Virus record (IMG/VR): IMGVR_UViG_3300033143_002750
Coordinates: 1-38,667 of that record
Direction: 5' to 3' (one strand)
Length of the DNA: 38,667 nt
DNA from: a virus
Taxonomy: Duplodnaviria; Caudoviricetes
Within the stretch, counting starts at the first letter, position 1. The number at the start of each line of letters is the position of its first letter. Position numbers and translations under genes: made by a program. The notes below the pieces were generated by a model that saw only the letters and a program-made list of their open reading frames with translations, ran no database searches and was not told the origin of the DNA. This document shows positions 10,401-18,891 of the stretch, piece after piece.

Positions 10401-11637
10401 CCTTTAAACCTGCTCTAATTGTATTTGTATCATTTCTGCTTATTGTATTTGTTACTTCTAATAAACCGAAAAAATCTGCCTCGGCAGTAATCCCTTTAAT
10501 ATGAGCGTTAAGTGGAAGGTATTCATTTTCTAATTTTCTTTTAAGACCAAATAACTTAATTAAGATTTCTTCAATAGTAAAATCTTGTAACTCTTCAGTC
10601 TTAGGCAAATCCTCATCAGTAAAACTATCAGGTACAATCCTGTTAATTCTATAGATAAGTTCAAACATGCTTGTTTTTCTAAAGTTTTTATTAGGTAAAG
10701 TTATACTCTTATCATCAAACTGTACCGTAGGAGAAAATAAATCTATAGCATTACTTTGAATATAATTTCCAAATTGTGGAGAATTACCATTTACATTTTT
10801 CCAAAACTCTTTAAGCTTTAAATTATCATAACCAAAAAACTTAATTGCATTTATTAAACCTTTATAAGAACCAATAAAAGGGTAAATATTACTACCTTCC
10901 ATCATTATCTCTTTTCTCTTGGTATTAATTTCTACATAATCAGGTAAAGCCTCCTTTAAATTAGTGTCTCTAAATACAGTACTGTCTGAAGCAATAACAC
11001 TATATCCCATGTTTTGAGTCATGACTCTAAGTCTTTCATCTTCTTCAATACTTTCGGCATATACAGTAAATTCTGCTACAACAGTATTTGTACATTTATC
11101 TGTAATGATTAAAGTTCTCTTGTAAGTATTTTCTTGGCTTGATGAAAAGGTAATATTTACTTGTAATGCCAATGATCTAATATCATCGGTAATAATATAA
11201 CCTTCACCATTAACTTTTTGGCTATCATCAAAATCTAGTGGAACAAAAAGTTTATCAACTTTAACTAAAGGTGGACCATCAGGTTCTTGTACTAATGCCG
11301 ATTGAGTACCTGTATCAAAATTCTTGTCAAATTGAAAAAGAAATATTTCTTTTGGCGTATTAGTTTTCCATTCAACCTCCCAACCACATCCACCCTTACC
11401 AGTAGGATCCGCTGTTGAACCGTCTACATAGTCATGTGGAAAGCCAAACTCAAATGCACCAGTTGTAGCATTTATCATTTTTTGTAAAACAAAAATTTGA
11501 CCTACTTCAAATAAATCAATAGAAACCTCAGGAAGAAATATATCACCATACCACTTATCAGCAGTATCGTCATACTTCATATTGTAATTCTTTCCTTGCT
11601 TATCAAAGAAATATAAATGTTTCCAGTTATTAGTCAC
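7498..11637 (-). CDS. Large baseplate wedge-type protein with PKD/Ig-like segments and an inserted zincin-like domain
   Basis: 1379 aa, GTG start; GSYKGLINAIKFFGY resembles the wedge (gp7/P2 gpI-like) motif; PKD-like VGDYSVEMKLFD and FKDPGKYVITLEL; two genes downstream of gp6-like gene. Confidence 0.65.
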   Translation of the reverse strand: MTNNWKHLYFFDKQGKNYNMKYDDTADKWYGDIFLPEVSIDLFEVGQIFVLQKMINATTGAFEFGFPHDYVDGSTADPTGKGGCGWEVEWKTNTPKEIFLFQFDKNFDTGTQSALVQEPDGPPLVKVDKLFVPLDFDDSQKVNGEGYIITDDIRSLALQVNITFSSSQENTYKRTLIITDKCTNTVVAEFTVYAESIEEDERLRVMTQNMGYSVIASDSTVFRDTNLKEALPDYVEINTKRKEIMMEGSNIYPFIGSYKGLINAIKFFGYDNLKLKEFWKNVNGNSPQFGNYIQSNAIDLFSPTVQFDDKSITLPNKNFRKTSMFELIYRINRIVPDSFTDEDLPKTEELQDFTIEEILIKLFGLKRKLENEYLPLNAHIKGITAEADFFGLLEVTNTISRNDTNTIRAGLKADFEVNPKACTYLEDLRIFNEFCLKEGAIVGKAIIESCNAYINPLRAGTQAVGSNMVIDYVPGQVLPPPPIGPDTNSVLGALESGENVTVSDIAGVFLAYFARYAPDLDRTQADFVPGESSKSLPDKPGAPSGAIITLNNTSTAGITWDNVNSTWDQLSNANDFFTFDFNIQAPNVGDIYQLTDSVTGSSVSHTVLATDTVQTITTSLYDQIVLLKNTQTDPWLWFDWSQIDNVIGPAIRCYGNDVNRFVPSVILANSNNGGQFTFIQQPGETLYTWDGINYGNIAEIEWTVYKDETPGISPPYFFTIRGPIAKYNTLPIVLPYVGDYSVEMKLFDMYNNISSIVKMEEICVDSKEVEYSGWYQARKSTYTWDAEGKYKWNDYGSLWNLPIEPSVTWDEETPSLYESLDRVNAILNNFGIGTNTDFQIRNFQDGGKASFSGPYQWKNLNDRSCTWDNGFHLWWDMTATTGDTPAFFQFSTVVPNSYLKIVDRYGTAGQEYFDFSVTTLGDAVDILNVSTNPIINKYVYNLVMNAASSEIFVQAVARYYGHFGDFTSVDMVDVDGIRICADGTGNATDYVGGPLEETVLYPPFDRSLAINGVTLLGLPELGGTEKVSDEFIKKVARVYEMILDPDGPNINYNKQAAVLQSLQSKKTIQRIGYEGMGAYFPPLESYAGWDQTNDDNANVDFIWELDGVTPQDKITEVLEHALHTITTFGLPGAYPNVFNQTSPYGPTYNAMSEAINNGVFDISGYTQQPGESNDEFNALLMREYLYLLIYSEWGFVAPYISGGSLSPEWTPITATDVEDQNPLGHSLYTTYIQTLLAKPNTDILDSMFATGGLSGYIPFEDNPIGGNIDCLSRIYKSSQSISNNPTWNTAKFINDGKVLPPMTWAMFVYDKCRIVGKDEPKWTITNTTNSSAADIYFNSKYLTYLFKDPGKYVITLELIDSNGNKYKKDRNILNIKQIK

Positions 11638-11643
11638 CGTCTC

Positions 11644-11913
11644 TTAATTTATTTTTTGATACCACTTAGGTACAGCAAAGTTAAAATAAATTCTCAAATA
11701 TTTTACACGGTTAATATAAAATACCATAATAGGGCTAAGATAATCTTCTAAGAAAGAACGTAGGTGTCTATTTCTAAACATATATGAAGACATATTATTT
11801 CTTAATAAGTTTAAGCCATAATCATATCCTGTATTTTTTAGCTCCCACCCTCTTTCATATGTAGCTCTGTACATGCTTGGAAACCCTACTCTATCATTTT
11901 TAACTGTTGCCAT
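11644..11913 (-). CDS. Small hypothetical protein, probably baseplate-associated
   Basis: 89-aa ORF tightly packed (1 and 6 nt gaps) between gp6-like and large wedge genes. Confidence 0.65.
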   Translation of the reverse strand: MATVKNDRVGFPSMYRATYERGWELKNTGYDYGLNLLRNNMSSYMFRNRHLRSFLEDYLSPIMVFYINRVKYLRIYFNFAVPKWYQKIN

Positions 11914-11914
11914 A

Positions 11915-13771
11915 TTATTTTCCTTTTAATGCTTTAAGTGTTGGTGTATTTTCTAACCTACCTGTGTTTAAACCTCTGGAGTTAACTCCTGTTGCAATCG
12001 TTGTTCCTCGGTTTCTTTGGACTTGGTTATACTTTTCTTGTTGTATTTTATTATAAAGATTATCAGCAATAGCTTCTTTATAGAATACATTAAGTGAACT
12101 GATTTTATTCTGCTCTGGGATAGGCTCATAAAAAGTTCCATTCCTATCTTCCCAACCACCTCTTATGATTGCTAAGTCATTATTTTCAATAACAATATAA
12201 CCAAAGCTATCTAATCCTAAATTAGGATCTTCACCTTTCTTAAGTACGATCTTTTTATTTTCAATTAAAACTCTTTGATCTGTAACAGGATCTGTTCCAT
12301 AGACAGGCACAAAATAAAAACCATCTCTAATTGCCTTTTCATTTTCTTCTGAGATAAAAAATACATTTACAGAATCAATACCTTCTACGTTTTCAATTAT
12401 TGAAATAATATCCGAACGAGGAATCCTATCTCTTCTATTTACATTTAAGAAATAATCATCTAAGTTTTTTCTTATTTGAATTCTTATTTCATCTTTATCA
12501 AAATTATCAAACCATCTTATTACAACATTGAGTGCATATCTTTTAATAATAGGATCTATGATTCTTGTCTCTGCTGTAACAACTTGTCTGCCACTAGTAT
12601 TTAAAATTTCATATGTCATTTCTTTTTCCTGTGCCGTCATTGTAAACTCATTCTCAGGTATGCTGAAATAATCTAAGTCACTTGTTATTTTTTTCTTTAT
12701 ATCTGGGATTAAGAATAAGTAAATAATATTATCATCATTTAAGTATTCATCATTTTTTGTATTATAAGCATCTATGAAAGACCAGAAGTCATACTTACTC
12801 AAATAGTAAATATAATTATTAGGATTAGCTAAAACAAATGAATTACTTTGATATGGTGCTATTAGCCTTGTGAATTCAGGATCTTCAGTATCAGAACCAA
12901 ACATTGGGTTCCTTACAATATTCATTGCAAGAACTTCATTTAAATCCACCTGTTCACCTGCTTGATTTGTTCCAGGTTCCGAAAATTTAATATCCAATTG
13001 TTTACCACCGATATTACCTACTTGGCCAGCACTTTTAACATAGCTTATTCTAATCCTAGCTCCTAATGCAGGAGGTCTACCAAACTGATTGTTTCCAAAG
13101 AAACAACTAAGACCACCATTAACACTACTTTTTATCATTGCACATTTCTCATTAGGATTCATGTCATACAGTGAATCAACTAATTTCCAAAGTTCTCCAT
13201 CTACATGAACCGATACTAAAAATTGATCAGTAGGATCTTTTGTGGTTAAATTATAACTCTGTAAAGGTAAGCCTGTTCCAGTAAATGACTGTTCATCTTG
13301 TTCTCCTTGTACAACTTCAACATTAACAAACTGCTTATTAGTTTTTTCTAATCTAATGAAGTCACTATTAAATCTTAAAAAATATGTTTGACCATTTTGT
13401 CCAACTTCAAAAGATGACCCATTCATAATCTGAACAAAGTTTCCTTCGACGAGGCTAGCCGCACTTGTATTCAATCGTAATCCAATTATACCTCTTGCAG
13501 AAATACTTCTTGTAGGATCATGACCAGTTAATCTGGATAATCCGTAGATAGATTCAATATTTCTAGCTCGGGATATATTTAATTCTGTAGCTACTGCTTC
13601 AATGTAAAAGAATATTAATTCACCTAAGTTAGCGACTACTGTTAATACTTGACCAAATGGAGAAGCTGGAGTAAAAGTTTCTACGGCCTGGTCATAAGTA
13701 CGTCCAAGATATTCGAATGCATCAGAAAATAATTCCGTTGCCCTAATTCTACTTTTACTAAAAAATGACAT
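11915..13771 (-). CDS. gp6: Baseplate wedge subunit, T4 gp6 / baseplate J-like
   Basis: 618 aa; FTPASPFGQVL...FYIEAVATELNISRARNIESIYGLSRLTGHDP; FGNNQFGRPP...IRISY; follows gp25-like gene. Confidence 0.85.
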   Translation of the reverse strand: MSFFSKSRIRATELFSDAFEYLGRTYDQAVETFTPASPFGQVLTVVANLGELIFFYIEAVATELNISRARNIESIYGLSRLTGHDPTRSISARGIIGLRLNTSAASLVEGNFVQIMNGSSFEVGQNGQTYFLRFNSDFIRLEKTNKQFVNVEVVQGEQDEQSFTGTGLPLQSYNLTTKDPTDQFLVSVHVDGELWKLVDSLYDMNPNEKCAMIKSSVNGGLSCFFGNNQFGRPPALGARIRISYVKSAGQVGNIGGKQLDIKFSEPGTNQAGEQVDLNEVLAMNIVRNPMFGSDTEDPEFTRLIAPYQSNSFVLANPNNYIYYLSKYDFWSFIDAYNTKNDEYLNDDNIIYLFLIPDIKKKITSDLDYFSIPENEFTMTAQEKEMTYEILNTSGRQVVTAETRIIDPIIKRYALNVVIRWFDNFDKDEIRIQIRKNLDDYFLNVNRRDRIPRSDIISIIENVEGIDSVNVFFISEENEKAIRDGFYFVPVYGTDPVTDQRVLIENKKIVLKKGEDPNLGLDSFGYIVIENNDLAIIRGGWEDRNGTFYEPIPEQNKISSLNVFYKEAIADNLYNKIQQEKYNQVQRNRGTTIATGVNSRGLNTGRLENTPTLKALKGK

Positions 13772-13784
13772 TCAATTTATTTTT

Positions 13785-14147
13785 TTAAAAAAGAGCTCCT
13801 ATAACTCTCTGTTCATCTACAAATATATCTACAAAAGCACCATCCCTCTCATCAGTTGAAAAGAATGTAACTTGAGTATCTATTGTATACCCAGCTAGAT
13901 CTGGTAAACAATACGCAGCTATCTGGCTATTAATTTTATTTTGGATTGTACTTTCGTTATTAACAAATGAAAATAACAAGTCTTCCAAATTACAACCCAT
14001 ACTTGGTGCCCCTAAAACATCACCTGTTCTTGTAAAAAGAACATTTTCAATTTTTAAAATTAATTGAGAGATTGAATCAGATACCTCTAAAGTATTATCA
14101 TTATACTTAGGATCTTCAACATCTCTACTATAAATATCTCTAATCAT
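13785..14147 (-). CDS. gp25: Baseplate wedge subunit, T4 gp25-like
   Basis: 120 aa; IENVLFTRTGDVLGAPSMGCNLEDLLF matches the gp25/GPW signature. Confidence 0.85.
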   Translation of the reverse strand: MIRDIYSRDVEDPKYNDNTLEVSDSISQLILKIENVLFTRTGDVLGAPSMGCNLEDLLFSFVNNESTIQNKINSQIAAYCLPDLAGYTIDTQVTFFSTDERDGAFVDIFVDEQRVIGALF

Positions 14148-14184
14148 TAAAGAACACTAATTTTTTATTATATATTCTCTTTAA
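14147..14184 (-). promoter_or_regulatory. Late-promoter-like motif (14169-14176) inside a 7-bp inverted repeat covering the A of the ATG
   Basis: Minus strand TTAAAGA-gAATATATAataaaaaattagtgt-TCTTTAA-TG. Confidence 0.5.
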
Positions 14185-14207
14185 AATTAATAGCTTTCAG
14201 ATTATAA

Positions 14208-15071
14208 TTATCCAGTGAAAAAGTAATCAACACCTTCATCTCCTTTTATTTCTTCAACTATTCTATCTACTTCTTCTCTACCTTCTGATTGAATTAGGTC
14301 ATAATTAATTGTAATGTTACCTGGAAGATTAAACGAGAATGTACCTAGTATTCTAGACAATTGAATTTTTGCTTGTCCAATGACATATCTTTCAAAAGCT
14401 TCATCTTGAAATAATGCACAATCAGAAATTGTTGAAAAGATTTCAAATATAACAGCATTCTTTGGTAGCTCACCCTGAAACCTAAACTTTTTAGTTAGTC
14501 TATTATATGTATATGATATTTGTGGTAATAAAACTTGTCTTGTATTATCTAAGAATAAAGAGTTAACAACATAATACATTAAGTTCTCACTACCTATACC
14601 TGCACCATATACATCACTATATATAAACTTATCAATTGAAAAGTCTACATCGCCAGCATTAAAACTATAATCACCAAATCCACCATCTTCACCACTAAAG
14701 CCACCTATTTCAAAAACATCATTAACGGAATATACTCGGGACGGCATCTGAACAATGCCTCTTGGATTATTTATATTTTTCTTATTAGTGATAGTTTCAT
14801 TATCTTGTCCACTACCATAAGGAACACCTTGTTTAAAATCTGATTTATGCAAAGCGCCGGCAGGTAAAGCAATATACATTTGCTCTACACTATCTTCATA
14901 GATTTTATAAAAATATTTTTTTGCTCTTTGTATAATGTTTGCTAATTCCTTCTTAGGAACTGTGAATGGAATCTGGCATGCTATTGTTAATTCATCATTA
15001 ATTAACTTAATTAATGCGTCTAAACATTCAGCTTCCTCTGGATCATTACAATAAGTATTCTTATTAGCCAT
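14208..15071 (-). CDS. gp13: Neck (head-tail connector) protein, T4 gp13-like
   Basis: 287 aa; C-terminal YVIGQAKIQLSRILGTFSFNLPGNITINYDLIQSEGREEVDRIVEEI...FFTG matches gp13 pattern. Confidence 0.8.
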   Translation of the reverse strand: MANKNTYCNDPEEAECLDALIKLINDELTIACQIPFTVPKKELANIIQRAKKYFYKIYEDSVEQMYIALPAGALHKSDFKQGVPYGSGQDNETITNKKNINNPRGIVQMPSRVYSVNDVFEIGGFSGEDGGFGDYSFNAGDVDFSIDKFIYSDVYGAGIGSENLMYYVVNSLFLDNTRQVLLPQISYTYNRLTKKFRFQGELPKNAVIFEIFSTISDCALFQDEAFERYVIGQAKIQLSRILGTFSFNLPGNITINYDLIQSEGREEVDRIVEEIKGDEGVDYFFTG

Positions 15072-15077
15072 CTTATT

Positions 15078-16370
15078 TTATATTTTTTCTATTTCAATTA
15101 TTTCAGCATTTTCAAATCGTGCTAATTTAGTAGCTCTACCTTTTCTAAATATACCACCTTCCATCTCACCACTAAATACACCTCTTATACCAAAGACATA
15201 TGAATCTTTACATATTACATTTTTGCTAACATATGAATCTTCAATTTTTGAATCTGCAACATCAGTAGATCCAAATAAATTACTTTCTAAAATTGATGAA
15301 TTAATTAATTCAGAACTAAAGATATCACAATTTATAATATTACCTTGTATCTTAGAGTCAACAATGTCAACACCATTAATTTCAAAACACTTCATTAGCT
15401 CAGCATTTTTTATTTGCATTTTACCAGTATCTGCATCATAATTAATTAAAGCCTCAGTTAGTCCAGCTTTAGTCAAAAGATCAAAAAGTTTCTCTCTCAT
15501 TTTAGGATAAAAGGTTTCTATAATTTGATCATAAGTTTTTAAATCTACCATTAAATGAATTTTAGGAAAGTTCTTTTTAAATGTTTGATAATCTCTATAA
15601 GATTCTATAACACTTCTATGGTTTTCTAAAATAGCATCTAATTTTTTAATGTCTTCTTCATTATAGACTGGATCTGTTAAAGTTTCATATAGTGATAAAA
15701 CAAAATGTTCCGTTAAATCCATAATTGTGTTATACTTTTTTTCATAATCCTTACCACCTAAATATCTAAACTCTATATAATTTTTAGGTATCTTTGAAAA
15801 GTTAACACCGTAATATTTTTCAGAAACAAACAAGTAATTTTTCCAGGAGACTTTTTCTGGAGAAGGTTGAGTCATACCACTTAATGGCACAATAAATTTT
15901 ATAGATTTAGCATAAACAGAATCTTTTCTATTTGGAAATGCTTCATAAACTTTATCTTCATCAAAGTTTAAAACAAATTTACCTATGTCTAAACTAGATA
16001 CATTTGTTGGGGTACCTAATTTATGTCCATCAAATGCTACATTAATATGAATAGAGCATCTTTCATTTGTGCTCCCGTTCTCTCTAATCCATTTTAATGT
16101 TTTAGCGATAATTAGTTTAGCCTCTACAAAAGGAAGTGGTCCTGTAACCATTTCAATCATCCCAGTTCCACCCGAATTATCTGGCTCTAGTTTAAAGACT
16201 TCATCGCTTGGAGTAAAATCACTATGAGCCTTTTCTTCTACTCTAATTTGCTTATTTAAAGTTTGGGATAAACCTCTCTTTACTTCATCAAGCCCTTCAT
16301 TGGCAAAGAATTCAAATTCAATACCAATCTTTGAAGCATATATAGCATTAAGTTGTTCGTTAGTGTACAT
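15078..16370 (-). CDS. Putative amidoligase (COOH-NH2 ligase, Amidoligase_2-like) with C-terminal beta-helix-like repeats
   Basis: 430 aa; motifs IGIEFEF, EPDNS, IEMVTGPL, TNERCSIHINV, KYYGVN, IEFRYLGG; C-terminal 5-6 residue repeats IVDSK/IINCD/LINSS/ILESN/IEDSY. Confidence 0.75.
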   Translation of the reverse strand: MYTNEQLNAIYASKIGIEFEFFANEGLDEVKRGLSQTLNKQIRVEEKAHSDFTPSDEVFKLEPDNSGGTGMIEMVTGPLPFVEAKLIIAKTLKWIRENGSTNERCSIHINVAFDGHKLGTPTNVSSLDIGKFVLNFDEDKVYEAFPNRKDSVYAKSIKFIVPLSGMTQPSPEKVSWKNYLFVSEKYYGVNFSKIPKNYIEFRYLGGKDYEKKYNTIMDLTEHFVLSLYETLTDPVYNEEDIKKLDAILENHRSVIESYRDYQTFKKNFPKIHLMVDLKTYDQIIETFYPKMREKLFDLLTKAGLTEALINYDADTGKMQIKNAELMKCFEINGVDIVDSKIQGNIINCDIFSSELINSSILESNLFGSTDVADSKIEDSYVSKNVICKDSYVFGIRGVFSGEMEGGIFRKGRATKLARFENAEIIEIEKI

Positions 16371-16373
16371 GTA

Positions 16374-16407
16374 GTTCCTGATTTGTTTATATATTCAAAC
16401 CAGGAAC
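16374..16407 (-). promoter_or_regulatory. 12-bp stem hairpin with late-promoter-like motif as loop; 3' arm contains AGGA just upstream of the amidoligase ATG
   Basis: Minus strand GTTCCTGGTTTG-AATATATAAA-CAAATCAGGAAC-TAC-ATG; 11 Watson-Crick pairs plus one G-U; no U-tract follows. Confidence 0.75.
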
Positions 16408-16411
16408 GGTG

Positions 16412-17554
16412 TTATGCAATGTTCATTGTAATCTTACGATCACTAACATTCACACTTCCAATTTTTACATTTACAGTATCACCTTTAGATAAGTCAGCAC
16501 CTTTTAATTTAGATTTATGAATTAATCCACTTATACCTTTTTCTAATTCAACAAAAGCACCGTATGAAGTAATCTTAGTAACTTTACCTTCAGTGATCAT
16601 CATAGGTTTATATTTTTCATCAACACCATCCCATAAATCAATCTTAGGTCCTAATTGGCTTAGGATTATTTTTCTATCTGATATAATTTCTTTTACCCAA
16701 AAGTTAATTTCGTCTCCAGGTTTTATTGCTCTATCATCTAAAGTCTTTTGCATTTCTTCGGTTAATTCAGCTTTCGGAATTAATCCTGTTAAGCATTCAT
16801 CAAATTCAGCAAATACACCAAACTTAGTGGTACCTGTAACAAAACCTACTCTAGGTTCTTTGATAGTTTCATTTAACTTTTCGATTGTTGAAGGAATCAT
16901 TGTTCTTAAATATTCTCTATGAGATACTACAATTGTATCCTTTTCATTAGAGAATGTTATTGGCATAACAATAATTTCTTTACCTACTAAAACATTAAAG
17001 TCATGTAATTTATTTAAGCCTCCTAGTGAACCTGGCATAAAACATTTAATCCCTGCTACATCAACCCAATATCCACCATGAATTAATTCTTTAACTTTAG
17101 CAGTAAACCCTACAGCCTTATTTCCAATAGCATCCTTTATTTCTCTAAGCTTAACTTCTTTTATTGCATCAGAGATAGAAGCAATAACATCTCCCGTAGA
17201 TTTGTTGGTTTTAATTTTAACATCAATTTCCATATCAACCTCTAATTGGTCTACAATATAATCTGGTTCTTTAGATAAAGTACAGTGAGCAGTAAATTTA
17301 GATTCGATGTCAATAAGAGCAGTTGTCTTATCTTTAGATATAAATGAAACAATACCTTTTGTTGTATATGCAACATTGTCTTCAATTAATTGAGTTTTTT
17401 GTAATGTATGATCAGTAAGACCGTATAATGCTAAAGCATCAGCAGCATACATTTCATTACACATTAATTTTGTACCGTCAGGGACTTGAACTTTTACTGT
17501 TTTAGTATCAAATGGATCATCACTTAGTTGAATGGTGATTTCTTGTTCGGTCAT
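16412..17554 (-). CDS. rpsA: Ribosomal protein S1 (bS1) homologue, four S1/OB domains
   Basis: 380 aa; GGYWVDVAGIKCFMPGSL...IVVSHR (domain 2), VTGTTKFGVFAEF..LTGLIP (domain 3), EGKVTKITSYGAFVELEKGISGLIHKS (domain 4). Confidence 0.9.
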   Translation of the reverse strand: MTEQEITIQLSDDPFDTKTVKVQVPDGTKLMCNEMYAADALALYGLTDHTLQKTQLIEDNVAYTTKGIVSFISKDKTTALIDIESKFTAHCTLSKEPDYIVDQLEVDMEIDVKIKTNKSTGDVIASISDAIKEVKLREIKDAIGNKAVGFTAKVKELIHGGYWVDVAGIKCFMPGSLGGLNKLHDFNVLVGKEIIVMPITFSNEKDTIVVSHREYLRTMIPSTIEKLNETIKEPRVGFVTGTTKFGVFAEFDECLTGLIPKAELTEEMQKTLDDRAIKPGDEINFWVKEIISDRKIILSQLGPKIDLWDGVDEKYKPMMITEGKVTKITSYGAFVELEKGISGLIHKSKLKGADLSKGDTVNVKIGSVNVSDRKITMNIA

Positions 17555-17586
17555 TTTTTATTTTTTAAGAAGTTAAAATTATAGAT

Positions 17587-17646
17587 TATATATTACTCTT
17601 TATGTATCTAATATTAATTATACATATAAGTTAGTTGTTTGTTTCA
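17587..17646 (-). promoter_or_regulatory. Tandem candidate promoters for S1: TGAAAC-N18-TATAAT (17646-17617) and late-like AATATATA (17594-17587)
   Basis: Both motifs read directly in the 92-nt intergenic region; each recurs elsewhere in the window. Confidence 0.45.
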
Positions 17647-17940
17647 TTATGTGATGGCACCTGTACCAGAACCTGCCTGAGCTGTTGCTGTTCCTACCGT
17701 CGTTACAGTAGTAGATACCAATCCTGATTTTATGTACTTATCAATTTCCAAACCGGCAATTTCACCAAATTTTTCGGCCTGTGCTTCTTCAATTGTAGCG
17801 GCTGAAACTGGCATCTTAAAGGGATCTCCTCCATCTTTTATATGTTCCAGGTTATCCTTTCCTGCTTTTCTACCTGCTTTATTGGCTTCTAACCAGGCTT
17901 TTTCCATTCCTGCCTGAATCTGAGATAATACTAATGGCAT
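17647..17940 (-). CDS. Small hypothetical protein next to gp5, possible spike-associated protein
   Basis: 97 aa; helical N-terminus, G/T/A-rich C-terminal VSTTVTTVGTATAQAGSGTGAIT; late motif at 17965-17972. Confidence 0.6.
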   Translation of the reverse strand: MPLVLSQIQAGMEKAWLEANKAGRKAGKDNLEHIKDGGDPFKMPVSAATIEEAQAEKFGEIAGLEIDKYIKSGLVSTTVTTVGTATAQAGSGTGAIT

Positions 17941-17970
17941 AATTTAATTGTTTGATTTATAGTTTATATA

Positions 17971-18891
17971 TTAGTCAGTTGTATTCTTTGAACTGTATGC
18001 ACCACCTGGTGATGGTACAATAGGTGGACTAGTCGGCGTACCTGATTTACTTGCAACATGTGTATGCCCATCTACCCAAGCTCTAAATGTATCACCTTTC
18101 ATAACTGACTCCGCCGCTGCTTCTCCTAGTTTAATACGTGGTGAATTAACATGAGTTTCAGCAGAAGCATTAATCTTAGCCTCAACACAATTAACAACAG
18201 TGTTAGTTGTAGCATTAATTACAGTATCAGCTCCACTGTTAATTGTAAACTGAGCCGAGTGTGTAAATGTTATATTACCATCATTAAGCATTATAATTGA
18301 ATCTCCGTTTGCATTTATTATTTCAACAGAGTTATCAGGCTTTACATTAACAGTTGTTGGACCTTCGGTTGTAGTATAGTCCATCATTAATCCTTTTTCT
18401 TCTGTAAAGAAAACTTTAATATGTTCACCTTCTCTTTCATTTGTTGCTTCAGATACCCCATCTTCTAATGCACCAGTTAAACCGAAAGCCGTATCATATA
18501 TTAATACATGAGAATTTTGATATGATGCTTCTATCTCCGCTTTTGTTTCATCAGAAGGATAAACATTTTCATGATAAACTGGTTGATAAAAATTTCCGTT
18601 GTCAAACGTGATCCTAACTATTGAGCCTAGTTTAGGAATTTCAAATTTACCACTTCCACTATTACTACCTCCATACATTAACTGATGTGGCCTTGACCAC
18701 GGTAAAGCAGCAGTAGGAATAATAAAAGCACTTTCAGGATCTTCAGGATCTACACGGTCATCCATTTTACCATATACCCTAATCTTACATCTCCCTTCAA
18801 AGATATCATCATTAGTATCTTCAACGATTCCTACCCATTGTGTAGTTCGCAAATCATCGGCATTAAAATTTGCTGGATTAACCTTTCCCAT
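17971..18891 (-). CDS. gp5: Baseplate central spike, gp5/gpV-like, without lysozyme domain
   Basis: 306 aa; OB-fold motifs WVGIVEDTND..EGRCKIRVYG, LPWSRP, IPKLGSIVRITFDNGN..QPVY; beta-helix repeats; C-terminal HTH (HxH) apex motif. Confidence 0.85.
   Translation of the reverse strand: MGKVNPANFNADDLRTTQWVGIVEDTNDDIFEGRCKIRVYGKMDDRVDPEDPESAFIIPTAALPWSRPHQLMYGGSNSGSGKFEIPKLGSIVRITFDNGNFYQPVYHENVYPSDETKAEIEASYQNSHVLIYDTAFGLTGALEDGVSEATNEREGEHIKVFFTEEKGLMMDYTTTEGPTTVNVKPDNSVEIINANGDSIIMLNDGNITFTHSAQFTINSGADTVINATTNTVVNCVEAKINASAETHVNSPRIKLGEAAAESVMKGDTFRAWVDGHTHVASKSGTPTSPPIVPSPGGAYSSKNTTD

Noticed and set aside
16374-16407. Hairpin as an intrinsic terminator for S1
   Set aside because: No U-tract on either side, 10-nt loop holding the promoter motif, and it abuts the next ATG
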